Below are positions 1-15,810 of a stretch of DNA of 64,000 nucleotides, piece by piece. The notes under the pieces were generated by a model. That model worked only from the letters and a program-made list of their open reading frames with translations. It had not been told where the DNA came from and did not search any database. The position numbers and the translations under genes were made by a program. The stretch's first letter is position 1; each line of letters begins with the position of its first letter. Source of the DNA: the human T2T-CHM13v2.0 reference genome, Homo sapiens; the NCBI RefSeq assembly GCF_009914755.1, contig NC_060935.1. The stretch is one strand, 5' to 3'.

Positions 1-29
1 TCCTGAACAGGAGTTACTACATTTCTAAT

Positions 30-750
30 TTTTGCTTTTCATGTTAGTGTAAAATACTGCTTATCATGTTCTTCATCTGCATATTCTTATAACCAATGAG
101 GAAGATACTTTTCACTAATAGACTACTTATTTGTGCTTCCTTTTTAATAAAATTCCCATGCATGTCTTTTGTCTGTTTTTCTATGAGGTGCTTATTCTTT
201 TCTTGGTTATATTTGTAGTTGTTCTATATTTGCTGCATGTATTTTAGTTATATAAAGTTACAAATATCTTTTCCCATACTGTAAACTATTTTTTATTTTC
301 TTCATGTTGGATTGTGATGAAACCAAGATCTTAATATTAATGTATTTACATTTTCTAATCTTTTTATTTGTGATTAGTTTTTATTATTATTAAAGAAATA
401 AATTTGTTACAAAAGATTATGAGATTATAAAAGTATACTTCTGTAATTTCTTCTAAAAGATAAAATTATTGCTTTTACATTTAAGTCTTTAATCCATCTT
501 CAAATTTTTCACAAAGCTGTCAGTTATGGGCCCAAGATTCTATTTTCCTCACAGAAATAGTTATCCCACCTTCATTTATTGAACATTTCCTCCTTGATCC
601 AGTAATGTAAAATGCACCTGTATTAAATAGCAAGTTTCCATATATGACTGTATCTCTATCTGGGCATGTGTATCTTCACCAATACTATACTCAATATTTG
701 TGTCTTATTAAAAGGTGAAGTACCTCTAATTTTAAAAAAACTGATTGTCT
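30..750 (-). mobile_element. Ancient LINE-1 (L1M/L1ME-type) ORF2/3' fragment
   Basis: Degenerate L1 antisense motifs such as 'tttaagtctttaatccatctt' (~480) and 'catttattgaa', collinear with the younger L1 copies in this window; boundaries approximate. Confidence 0.55.
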
Positions 751-769
751 TGGCTGCTTTTCTTTAATT

Positions 770-1300
770 AGATTTTTTATTGAAGAATAGCAAATAAATA
801 AAAATGCACCAAATGACTATATATAACTACCAAATATAAATGTCATAATATGGCATCATAAATATCACAAAGGGGATATAATCATCTAAATATCATGGAT
901 ATAAAGAAATAGACCATAATCAGTACTGGAAAAATCTTCTGGTATTTTTCCACATTTTTATGCCCACAGTATTCCACAAAGGCAACCATCATCTTGGCTT
1001 CTAATAACATAAACTAATTTTGCTAGACGTTGAAATCCAAGTTCATTAAATAATATGATGTTTGTTATGGCATGACTTCATTCTTCAAAATAATACTTGC
1101 AGATTTATCCATATTGTTGGTGTGTAGCAGCAGGATATTCCTGAAATACACAGCTATATTCATTGAAGACATTTAGCTGTGTATTTATCCATTCTATTGT
1201 TTAGATATTTAGCCTGCTTTGAGTTGAGGGTATGGCATATAACACCGCCATGAGCATGCATTTTTGTTAGGCATATGTTTTTGCCTTTAGTAGTATATTG
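770..1300 (-). mobile_element. Ancient LINE-1 3'-UTR fragment (L1ME/L1MC-like)
   Basis: Motifs 'agatttatccatattgttg' and 'tatttatccattctattg' typical of old L1M 3' ends in antisense; boundaries approximate. Confidence 0.45.
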
Positions 1301-1862
1301 TACCTGTTAGTTTTTACTTTTTTTTTTTAAGTGACAAACTGTTCAGCAAAAATGCTCTCATTTTTTGATCAGCCTGGGAGCATCATTTTGCCTTTGTTTT
1401 TTAAAAATATTTTGAACTTTTATTTCATATTTATTTAAAAACCTAACATTCAAGTGAAGAATCAGTTATGTTTTTGATTTAATAAGTAATAAATAGAAAA
1501 TTTGTGGTTTTAAACTTTGGTTGATGAATATTATATATTTTTATTATACTTTAAGTTCTAAGATACAAATTAAAATATAAAACATATATATATATGTATT
1601 TACTTTTTAAATTATACTTTAAGTTCTGGGGTACATTTGCAGAACATGCAGTTTTGTTCCATAGTTATACGCCTGCCATGATGGTTTGCTGCATGCATCA
1701 ACCCGTCATCTACATTAGGTGTTTCTCCTAATGTTATCCCTCCCCTAGCACCCCACCCCCCTACAGGCCCCAGTGTGTGATGTTCCCCTCCCTATGTCCA
1801 CATGTTCTCATTGTTCAACTCCCACTTATGAGTGAGAACATGTGGTGCTTGGTTTTTGGTTC

Positions 1863-5515
<3,653 letters not shown>

Positions 5516-5519
5516 TATG

Positions 5520-6610
5520 ATGCTGGCTGGTTATTTTGCTCATTCGTTGATACTGTTTCTTCATAGTGTCGATGGCCTTTACGATTTGGTGTGTTTTTGC
5601 AGTGGCTGGTACAATTATTTTCTTTCCATATTTAGTGCTTCCTTCAGGAGCTCTTGTAAGGCAGGCCTGGCGGTGACAAAATCCCTCAGCATTTGCTTGT
5701 CTGCAAAGGATTTTATTTCTCCTTCACATATGAAGCTTAGTTTGGCTGGATAGGAAATACTGGGTTGAAAATTCTTTTTCTTTAAGAATGTTGAATATTG
5801 GTCCCCACTCTCTTCTGGCTTGCGGGGTTTCTGCAGAGAGATATGCTGTTAGTCTGATGGGCTGCCCTTTGTGGGTAACCTGACCTTTCTCTCTGGGTGC
5901 CCTTAACATTGTTTCCTTCATTTCAACCTTGGTGAATCTGATGATTATATGTCTTGGGGATGCTCTTCTTATGGAATATCTTTGTGGCATTCTCTGTATT
6001 TCCTGAATTTGAATGTTGGCCTGTCTTGCTAGGTTGGGGAAGTTCTGCTGGATAATATCCTGAAGTGTGTTTTCCAGCTGGGTTCCATTCTCTCCGTCAC
6101 TTTCAGGTACATCAATCAAATGTAGGTTTGGTCTTTTCACATAGTCCCATATTTCTTGGAGGCTTTGTTCATTCCTTTTCATTCTTTTTTTCTCTACTCT
6201 TGTCTTCATGCTTTATTTCATTAAGTTGATCTTCAATCTCTGATATCCTTTCTTCTGCTTAATCGATTTGGCTAGTGATACTTGCGTATGCTTCACGAAG
6301 TTCTCATGCTGTGTTTTTCAGCTACATCAGGTCATTTATGTTCTTCTCTAAAGTGGTTATTTTAGTTAGCAATTCCTCTAACCTTTTATCAAGGTTCTTA
6401 GCTTCCTTGCATTGGGTTAGAACATGCTCCTTTAGCTTGGAGGAGTTTGTTATTACCCACCTTCTGAAGCCTATTCCTGTCAACTCAGCAAACTCGTTCT
6501 CCATCCAGTTTTGTTCCTTTGCTGACGAAGAGTTGTGATCCTTTGGAGGAGAAGAGGCATTCTGTTTTTTGGAATTTTCTGCATTTTACGCTGGTTGTTC
6601 CTCATCTTTG
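5520..6610 (-). pseudogene. Disrupted L1 ORF1 (RNA-binding protein)
   Basis: Peptides 'NEQSLQEIWDYVKRPNL...QARREWGPIFNILKEK' and 'FRRWVITNSSKLKEHV' lie in separate ORF fragments. Confidence 0.9.
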
Positions 6611-7291
6611 TGGATTTATCTACCTTTAGTCTTTGATGTTGGTGACCTTCAGACGGAGTTTTTGCGTGGTCATCCTTTTTGTTGATATTGATGCTACTGC
6701 TTTCTGTTTGTTAGTTTTCCGTCTAACACTCAGGCCTCTTTTCTGCAGGTCTGCTGGAGTTTGCTGGGGGTCCACTCCAGACTCTATTTGCCTGGGTATC
6801 ACCAGCAGAGACTGGAGAACAGCAGAGATTGCTGCCTGCTACTTCCTCTGGAAGCTTCGTCCCAGAGGGGCTCCCGTCAGATGCCAGCCAGTGCTCTCCT
6901 GTATGAGGTGTATGTCTACCCCTGCTGGGAGGTGTCTCTTCATCAGGAGGCATGGGGTCAAGGACCCAGTTGAGGAGGTAGTCTGTCCCTTATCAGAGCT
7001 CGAGCCTGTGCTGGGAGATTTGTTGCTCTCTTCAGAGCTGGCAGGCAGGAATGTTTAAGTCTGTTGAAGCTGCGCCCACAGCCACCCCTTCCCCCAGATG
7101 CTCTGTCCCAGGGAGATGGGAGTTTTATCTATAAGCCCCTGACTGGGACTGCTGCCTTTCTTTCAGAGATGCCCTGCCCAGAGAGGAGGAATCTAGAGAG
7201 GCAGTCTGCCCACAGCTGCTTTGCAGAGTCTGAACTTCCCAGTAGCTTTGTTTACACTGTGAGGGAAAAACCGCCTACCCAAGCCTCAGCA

Positions 7292-7474
7292 ATGGTGGAT
7301 GCCCCTCCCCCAACCACGCGCAAGTGTCCCAGGTCAACTTCAGACTGCTGTGCTGGCAGTGAGAATTTGAAGCCAGTGGATCTTAGCTTGCTGGGCTCCA
7401 TGGGAGTGGGATCTGCTGAGGTAGACCACTTGGCTCCCTGGCTTCAGCCCATTTTCCAGGGGAGTGAGTGGTAG
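7292..7474 (+). other. L1 antisense ORF0-like open frame (60 aa)
   Basis: ATG in 'gcaATGg' context. MVDAPPP...SDCCAGS...SMGVGSAE resembles primate L1 ORF0 (MAGAPPP...SDCCAS...SVGVGPSE, recalled). Confidence 0.6.
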
Positions 7475-7903
7475 TGTCTCGCTGGTGTTCCAGATGCTAC
7501 TGGGGTACAAAAAAACTGATGCAGCTAGCTTGGTGTCTGCCCAAATGGCTGCCCAGTTTTGTGCTTGAAACCCAGGGCCCTGGTGGCATAGGCACCCAAG
7601 GGAATCTCCTGGTCTGTGGGTTGTGAAGACCATGCGAAAAGCGTAGTATCTGGGCCAGAATACACCATCTCTTACTGCAGGGTCCCTCATGGCTTCCTTT
7701 GGCTAGGGGAGGGAGTTCCCTGACCCCTTTTACTTCCTGGGTGAGGCAACGCCCCACCCTGCTTCTGCTCGCCCTCTGTGGGTTGCACCCACTGTCTAAC
7801 CAGTCTCAATGAGATGAACTGAGTACCTCAGTTGGAAATGCAGAAATTACCTGCCTTCTGCATTGGTCTTGCTGGGAGCTGCAGAGCAGAGCTGTTCCTA
7901 TTT

Positions 7904-7913
7904 GGCCATCTTG
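7904..7913 (-). promoter_or_regulatory. YY1 site at the L1 5' end (CAAGATGGCC)
   Basis: + strand ggccatcttg, at the canonical position just inside the L1 5' end. Confidence 0.8.
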
Positions 7914-7929
7914 CCTGGGAATCCCCCTT

Positions 7930-8330
7930 TTGAATTTTGAAGGATATTTTATTGCACATAGAAATCTAAGTTGAGTAATTTTCTTTCAGACTTTTAAAGA
8001 TTATATTTCTTTGTACAGTGGTTTCCATTATTTTATTACTGCAAGTCGTTTGCCTTTATTTTCTTGCTACTTTTAATAAGTTATTTTTATCTTTGATTTT
8101 CAGCAGATTTCCTAAGATGATCCTAGGCAAGGTTTTCTTTGTATTTATTCTGCTAGGCAATTATAGAGGTTTTAAATCTCTGGCATGGTATTTTATCAGC
8201 ATTGAAAAATTCTTTGTTATTTTATCTTCAAATATGCCTTCGTTTTCTTTCTTATCTTTTTCTTGGATTCTAGCTGCATTTACCTTCATAATTTCTTCAG
8301 ATTCCAAGTGTCTCTTACTTTCTTTTTGCA
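7930..8330 (-). mobile_element. Ancient L1M ORF1-region fragment (host of the L1PA7 insertion; other half at ~1330-1400)
   Basis: 'ttttgaaggatatttttattgcacatagaaatctaagttg...ttttctttcag' resembles old L1 ORF1 antisense and parallels 5700-5800 of the young L1. Confidence 0.55.
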
Positions 8331-8340
8331 TTTTTCTTTT

Positions 8341-8641
8341 TCTTTCTTTTTTTTTTTTTTTTAAAGAGAGAGTCTCTCTCTGTCACCAAAGGTAGAATGC
8401 AGTGGCACAATTATGGTTCACTGTAAACTTGAACTCCTGGGCTAAAGTGACTCCTCCACCTCAGCTTCCTGAGTAGCAAGGACTACAGGAGTACAATCAC
8501 ACTCAGCTATTTTTTTACATTTTTTAGAGATGGGGGTTTCCCTATGTTGTCCAGCCTAGTCTCAAACTCCTGGCCTCCAGTAATCCCCTCAGCCTTTGCC
8601 TCCTGAATCATTGAGACTGCAGATGTGAACCATGCCTGACC
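8341..8641 (-). mobile_element. AluJ (old, diverged)
   Basis: Dimer with J-type 'ttgaactcctgggct' and 'ctatgttgtccag'; TSD-like catttttcttt / cattttttcttt. Confidence 0.88.
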
Positions 8642-8723
8642 CATTTTTTCTTTATTTAACATCCTGCCCATATGATGTTTCTCTTTGAGATTACAATTCA
8701 ACATTATCTAGTCCTGATAAGTA

Positions 8724-8768
8724 TTTTTTGCAGAAACACTCAAAACAGTTTTTTGCAGAAACACTCAA
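8724..8768. repeat. 20-bp perfect direct repeat, period 25
   Basis: ttttttgcagaaacactcaa at 8724-8743 and 8749-8768. Confidence 0.95.
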
Positions 8769-9309
8769 TCTCATCAGCAAATTTACATTGTCATGACAGA
8801 GGATCTCCTATTTTGCCTAAGGGTTGAAAAATAATAATGCCTAATATTTAGCTAATTAAGATACAGTCTGAAGGTTTTATATTTCTATATAGTAAGTTTC
8901 AGTTTAATAGTATTCTGTTTTTAATAAATATTTTTATATAACTTTAAACTAACATTAAATTACCTAAAAGTTCAAGATTAAAATTTTAATTTAAGGGAAG
9001 TAGTATTTTAGTAACTCTTTCAATTACATTAGGCCACTATTAAATATGGTTGCTAAAAAATTGTTATTCATAGAAAACTTATTGTAATTAGAATTTTCTA
9101 ATGCTTCTGCTCAAAAAAAGAAGTGCTTCTGTGTAATTTTGACAAATACTCTATAAATTTTATAATTTTTATATACTTAAGCATAAAGATAAAAAATGGA
9201 AAATGTAGCTAGAGAAAATATATATTTCTTTATATTAAAATATCTTATCTTATATATTTATTAAACAATAATCTCTGCTGAGTTACTTACCTTCTATTTA
9301 CTCACTCAT

Positions 9310-9899
9310 TGTATTAGTCAGGGTTCTCTAGAAGGACAGAACTAATAGGATAGATGTATATGTAAATAAAACTTTACTCTTTTTAAACTATAAATAAAAA
9401 AAAAAACTTCTTTTTATTAAGGAGTATTGACTCAGATGATCTCAAGGTGAAGTCCCACAATAGGCCACCTACAAGCTGAGGAGCAAGGAAGCCAGTTTGG
9501 GCCCCAAACCCTCAAAAGTAGGGAAGCCAACAGTGCAACCTTCAGTCTGTGATGGAATGTCTTTAAGAGTTCAAAAGCTGAGGAAATTGCAGTCCAATGT
9601 TCGATGGCAGGAAGCATCCAGCATCGGAAAGATGTAGGCTGGGAGGCTACGCCAGTCTAGTCTTTTCATGTTTTTTGTTTTGTTTTGTTTTTTCTTTTTT
9701 TTTTCCTTCCTGCCTTTATATTCTGGCCATGCTGGCAGCTGATTAGATGGTGCCCACACAGATTAAGTGTGGGTCTGCTTTTCACAGCCCAGTGACTCAA
9801 ATGTTAATCTCCTTTGGCAACACCCTCACAGACACACCCAGGAATAATACTTTGCATCCTAAAATCCAATCAAGTTGACACTACATATTAACCATCACA
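9310..9899 (-). mobile_element. MLT2 (ERVL) solo LTR, MLT2A/MLT2B-like
   Basis: Ends 'tgtattagtcagggttctctaga' and 'caatcaagttgacac...taaccatcaca' (TG...CA); perfect 5-bp TSD CTCAT at 9305-9309 and 9900-9904. Confidence 0.93.
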
Positions 9900-10579
9900 C
9901 TCATGATTAACATAAAACTACTTGTTCAATATAGTTAACACTTTATGTCTCCTGGGTAGAGATTGACTGAGGTGAGAGAAAGGCTATTCTTAGTTTTTGG
10001 TAACTGATTATGACTCAATGATAAGCACTTGATTGTGATATTAAATCAATTAGGAATCATAGAGTAAATAGAGCTGGACACCTTTAGTTGGTTTTAAGAA
10101 AAAATTATTTGCTATTTTTATTTTGTCTTCTGTGTTAACCCAACAATTTTATCATTGCAAGAGACAGAAACCCAAAATAAAATATCTCAAGAAAATAACA
10201 TAATTGTTAATATATTTATTTGGAAGGAACTGTGAAAGCAAGGGACTTCAGCAACTTAAACTTTTTGACTACATCCTAAACAACTTTCTTTTTGTACAGA
10301 GAGATATAGTGTAATTGTTTTTCTTCAGTTATGTAGCTAGAGTTAGACTCACCAGGATTACTTGCATGGAAGAGACAAATAACTACTAATTTGTACAGGC
10401 AAATATCCTACAAACTGTCAGTTTAAGCTCCCACATGCATATCATAGACTACAGAAATCTTGCAGCATGATTAGTAGCAAATAAAATTAAATACCAACCA
10501 AATATTCATAATTATTAGAATGGGTGTTTAAATTGTATTGTATCTATATGACACACTACACAGTTTTCAATCAATATTT

Positions 10580-11000
10580 TAAAATTTTTATTTTTTTCCC
10601 GTTTCACTCTGTCTCCAGAAATTTAGACTGCTTAATGTTACTTAATTCCACAAGTCATTGAAGCTCTGTTAAACAGTTTTCAGTAATTTTTTTCTCTGCT
10701 CTTCAGATTGTATACTTCCCATTGATCTGTCTTCAAATTGACAAACGCTTACTTCTGTCGTCTTCAATCTCCTATTAAAGCCATTCAGAAGAGTGTTTAT
10801 TTTGGATATTTTATTTTTTAATTCTAAGAAATTTTATTATCTTTTAAAAAAACATTTTTTATTTCTCTGCAGAATTCCTCATCTATTCACATATTATGAT
10901 CTTATTTTATCTTATATCATTGAACATATTTTTAATAGCTAATTAAGATGGATTTTCTGTAAAATCTAACATTGTATCCTATATTCTGAGGTTAGTTCTG
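10580..11000 (-). mobile_element. Ancient L1M/HAL1-type fragment
   Basis: 'tctgctcttcagattg...ttgatctgtcttcaaatt...attttatttttaattctaagaa' parallels L1 ORF1 antisense at ~6200-6400. Confidence 0.45.
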
Positions 11001-11040
11001 TTGGCTATTTTTGGAATACAGAGTCATATTTTTTTCTTGG

Positions 11041-11175
11041 CTTTCCCCTCCTTCCCTCCCTCCCTCCCTCCCTCCCTTCCTTCCTTCTTCCTTCTCTTGC
11101 TCCCTCCCTCCCTTCCTTCTTCCTTCTCTATCTCCCTCCTTCCGCCTCTTTCCTTTCTCTTTTTTTCTTTCTTCA
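11041..11175. repeat. Polypyrimidine (CCCT/CCTT)n low-complexity tract
   Basis: ~135 bp of almost pure C/T. Confidence 0.95.
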
Positions 11176-11209
11176 TTTGTCTTTTGTCTTTTGCATATAT
11201 AGAAAATAT

Positions 11210-11610
11210 TTTAATATCTTTATTTACATACAATTCACATACCATAAAATTCACCTATGTAACGTGTAGAATTAAATGGTTTTTAGTATATTCACAGACA
11301 TGTATACCATCACCACAGTCAAATTGAGAAGATTTTTATCAGCCTAGAAGAAACCCCATATGCCTTAACCATCACACTTCTAATCCTCTATGCTTCTCCA
11401 GACCCTAAGCAACCACTGATCTAATTTCATCTCTATAAATTTTCTATTCTGGACATTTTATATAAATAGAATTATACAATATGTGATTTTTGTGACTGTT
11501 TTCTTCACATTTATTCCTTCTTATGTCAAATAATATTCCATTGTATGAAGTTGTCATATTTTGTTTATTCATTCATCAGTTTATGGGCATTTGAGTTGTT
11601 TAGTTTTAGT
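11210..11610 (-). mobile_element. L1MB-type 3' end fragment
   Basis: 'caattcacataccataaaattcacc...ttttagtatattcacaga...ccatcaccac' is the typical L1MB terminus in antisense. Confidence 0.75.
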
Positions 11611-12094
11611 TGCATTTAAGGTTTTATTTTATTTCCTAATATCTATTAAGTTTATTGTTTTATGCCTTCTTGATAATTTCACTTTCTGAAGCCTTTGAGG
11701 TGTCACACTACACTTGCTTATTTATTCTGGCTCTCAGTTTCAGTGCATTATTTCCTTTTTGTTTTTCCCTTGGTGATTTTAGACCTATGTCTTGGAATCA
11801 TTTTAGGTCTGGTTTAAAATTGTATTCCACTATAAAACGATTTTATTGATTTTATTTTTCTCTCCCAGTTTCCTGGTGGCATTATCGATCACAGCCTATG
11901 TTAAAGTAAATTTTAAAGTTAAGATTTTTTGCAAAAATAAAAAAAAAATGATGAAAAGTGAATTAAGAGAGTATCCCTGTAAGCCAAGGAACATCGAGTC
12001 ATCTCAAGTTGGTGGATAATAAATGACAAAAATACATAAAATTATGAGGAAAATGTTTTGTGGCAGCTCAATAATTCACTTAAAAATACATTTT

Positions 12095-12383
<289 letters not shown>

Positions 12384-13736
12384 TTATAAGAATATATATA
12401 TGTATATATTTAAATATATCATCTGGATTTTCAAAAATACTATACGTGAAAGGTATAAAAGTTTTCTCTCCACTATATTGTAGAATATGTTGTCATAATA
12501 AATATGTCTAAACTTAGAAAATCTTTCATTTTAAATCTTCACAGTTTAAAAACTTACATATTTATAAACTATAGTAAGTATAATAAAGACACTTCTAATG
12601 AAGTATTTTAGACATATGTTCTAATTAGCTTAGGGTTAATTGGCTAATTATTTGTCATAAATTTTATATTCGTGAAATGAATGCATATATCAGAATGCAT
12701 TAACCTTAAACTTGGTTTTCACTTTATTTAAGATGATACGTATTTGTTAACTAATAATCCATACTTTCTTCTTACTTTCTTTCTCATATTTTTCTTATAT
12801 TCTTTCTGATAACTATCATTCTGTTATTGCTATTACTGAAATTGGAAAAAACCAAGATGAAAAATTTCAATTATTTGGACATATCAGATATATGATATTT
12901 TTCTAATATAAAGTAATGACAAATATATGTTAGTTCAAACATTAATTAATTACAGTTTGGCACAAAAATTAAAAGATGTCCTTTATTAATGAATGTGTTA
13001 CTGCTTATCTCTTCTGGATTTGGGAGCATCCAAGTTTTCTGTTTAGTATATTGGTAAACAGCAAAAAAGTGAAAAGGCAAGTTTGGCAGAAACTAATTTG
13101 AAACTAATTTGAAAAGGTTAGATTTTTCAGTGATGAAACTGCCCAGATTTTTTTTTTTTTTTGCTTTTACTGTCAAATTATGTTTCTAATGATAATTAGA
13201 AAAGTATAATTTTTATAGATTGTATTTGTATATGAATAAGCTTTCTAAGCACACCAAAAATATAGAAAATAAAATTCTGATAAAAATTGGCACATGTAAT
13301 TGATTGCCTAACTCTGTATATTGAGAGTGTTACATTTAATTTCAATGGGAGTTTAAACCAAATTTTTAAATATTAATGTAACTATCACTATGAAAGCATG
13401 CATTTGAATAAAAACAACTGAGCGGTATCAGAATTTGCGTAAGTCCCTAACGTATTAGTAAAATAAAGGGAAATACTGTAACTTAAATGCCACAGTAAGA
13501 ATTTTTTAATCAAGTTGTCACATATTACCAGAAAGTATTAGTATGGCCCGGCTTCATTCTCAAGATAATTTGTAGGCTCCTCAGATATCAAAAGATTTTG
13601 AATAAGGTTAAAATAACAAAAATGGATCTTTTGTTTTGTCAGCATGCACATATCCCTGAGACGTTTTACATATAATTTCAGAAAGCAGAATAGTGAAGAA
13701 AGACAGGAAGTTTGTTATCCAGAACATCCATTTTGA

Positions 13737-14027
<291 letters not shown>

Positions 14028-15061
14028 TTTATCTAGTCTTATTAAGGAGATTCCTGTTCTCCGTTAATCAACAGTGAGTTGAACTGGACTAGGTGGCTAC
14101 TAGAAGTTAAGAGTAGTCAAAGTTGCATCTGTAAGTAGTTAACTGCAAATATAGGAAAAAGATGAGAAAAAATAAATAACTGTACTAAATTGATAATAAC
14201 AAACAAAATCTGCCTCAAATATTAATTAAATTAAGTTGTTACTCAAACACTCACTGACAAGGTAGGTTTTAGTTTTTATGTTTACTGATAATTGTGTGGT
14301 TTTGTATGTAGCACACTAAGGAAAGTTTCACTGATTCACTATGACTCTTTAACGTAATTATTAGTCACAGTGAACCATTTAAAGATACTGGGCACTAAAT
14401 AGTTCCTTACGTAATATAGGCTATAAATATATGTTAAAAAATTAAAAATATGAAAGTTGAATTATTAATAACAAGACTGAACAAATGTACAAGTAATTAA
14501 TATACCAAGTTAATAAATAAGATTGAAGCAGCTTTTGCATATTATATTTCTTGAAGTTTTTGTAATTTTTATAACTCTGTGGCTGGAACTTATTAATTAT
14601 TTGTTTATAGTTAAAGAAATTGAGACTCAGAGAATAAAGGAGATTTTACTTAAAGGTGTTTAATATTACTGAACCTCTTTTGAAGATGGAGTGATTTGGA
14701 AATAATGTGTAAAAACCAAACCAGGGAACTTACTTGTATAGAAATATATCTTACAGTCAAGCCATAAGGTGAATTTTAGAGACATCTAGGCATTTCCAAA
14801 ATACAGATTCAACTTGTTAAATTTCTGAACATACCAAATTACCAAAAAAAGAAAAAAAAATCAATTCATGCTGCTGATATCATCTGTGCTTCTCAAACTC
14901 AGAGTAGAAAAATATCAACCAGTGATACATGCTGAACATTTCTCATAAATCCTAGACCATTTTTCATGGGTTTAAAGTTAAACACTGACCTGGCCTAATC
15001 CTCTTAGTTACTGAACTCAAAGAGATTATGACTCAAGGAAGCCTTGCTCCACACAGACATC

Positions 15062-15067
15062 AAAAAA

Positions 15068-15099
<32 letters not shown>

Positions 15100-15103
15100 A
15101 AAA
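15062..15103 (+). repeat. A23 + (GAAAA)n tract
   Basis: Direct reading of the sequence. Confidence 0.95.
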
Positions 15104-15619
15104 GCCACTAAAGAAAGCTCGAATTTAGTTACTTATCATCATCAGATTGAGGTCCAATCCTTTTCTTTGTCAGAGACAATAGGAAGGTGACTAAATTTGA
15201 ACTCACTTTTAGAGTGATATATAGCAGAGATGTTAAATACCATTAAAATATCCCTCAACAAAGCCATAGTACAACTAAAACTTTGGATCCAAAAGGAAAG
15301 TGTTATTATGTTTTTATCAAAGCCTACATTCAACTTTATGAGGCAAATGGGTCATCAGTAGACTAAAATTGCCTGAGGCATTGGAAACTATTTTTGTCCA
15401 ATAAAATAAAGGTATACATATAATAACTAATACATTGAAATTTAATAAAAATGAACTGTTTCTTTATTATATATACAGAAAAAACCTTAAATATTGTATG
15501 GAAACAGCACCAGAAATAATATGAGAAACAGATTTTGTGAAGAACAGAATTGCCTTTTAAGACTTGATAGTTTGTGACAGTGATAAAAACATATGACTTA
15601 ATAATTTTGGGTCTTTATA

Positions 15620-15810
15620 CATCAGGCACTGTGTAACATTATCTCATGTGGTAGGAATTTTCCCATATGTTAGATAATATTGCCATGCCGCATTTATAAA
15701 TGAGTTAAATTAGGCTCATACCTTAAAAATTATTTAGGTACTCAGAGTGTATGACAGAGATTAGGCTACAGCCAGGTCTTATCAAGCATCTGAACTCTTG
15801 ATTATGACAC
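15620..15810 (-). mobile_element. MIR relic
   Basis: 'caggcactgtg...cattatctcat...catttataaatgag...ggctca' MIR-core-like. Confidence 0.45.

Noticed and set aside
8018-8395. Hydrophobic 125-aa ORF resembling a membrane protein (similarly 11001-11327 and 62457-62792)
   Set aside because: Artefact of T-rich antisense L1, low-complexity and Alu-tail sequence
13089-13114. gaaactaattt x2 as an ISRE-like element
   Set aside because: GAAA spacing does not fit the IRF motif; simple 11-bp slippage duplication
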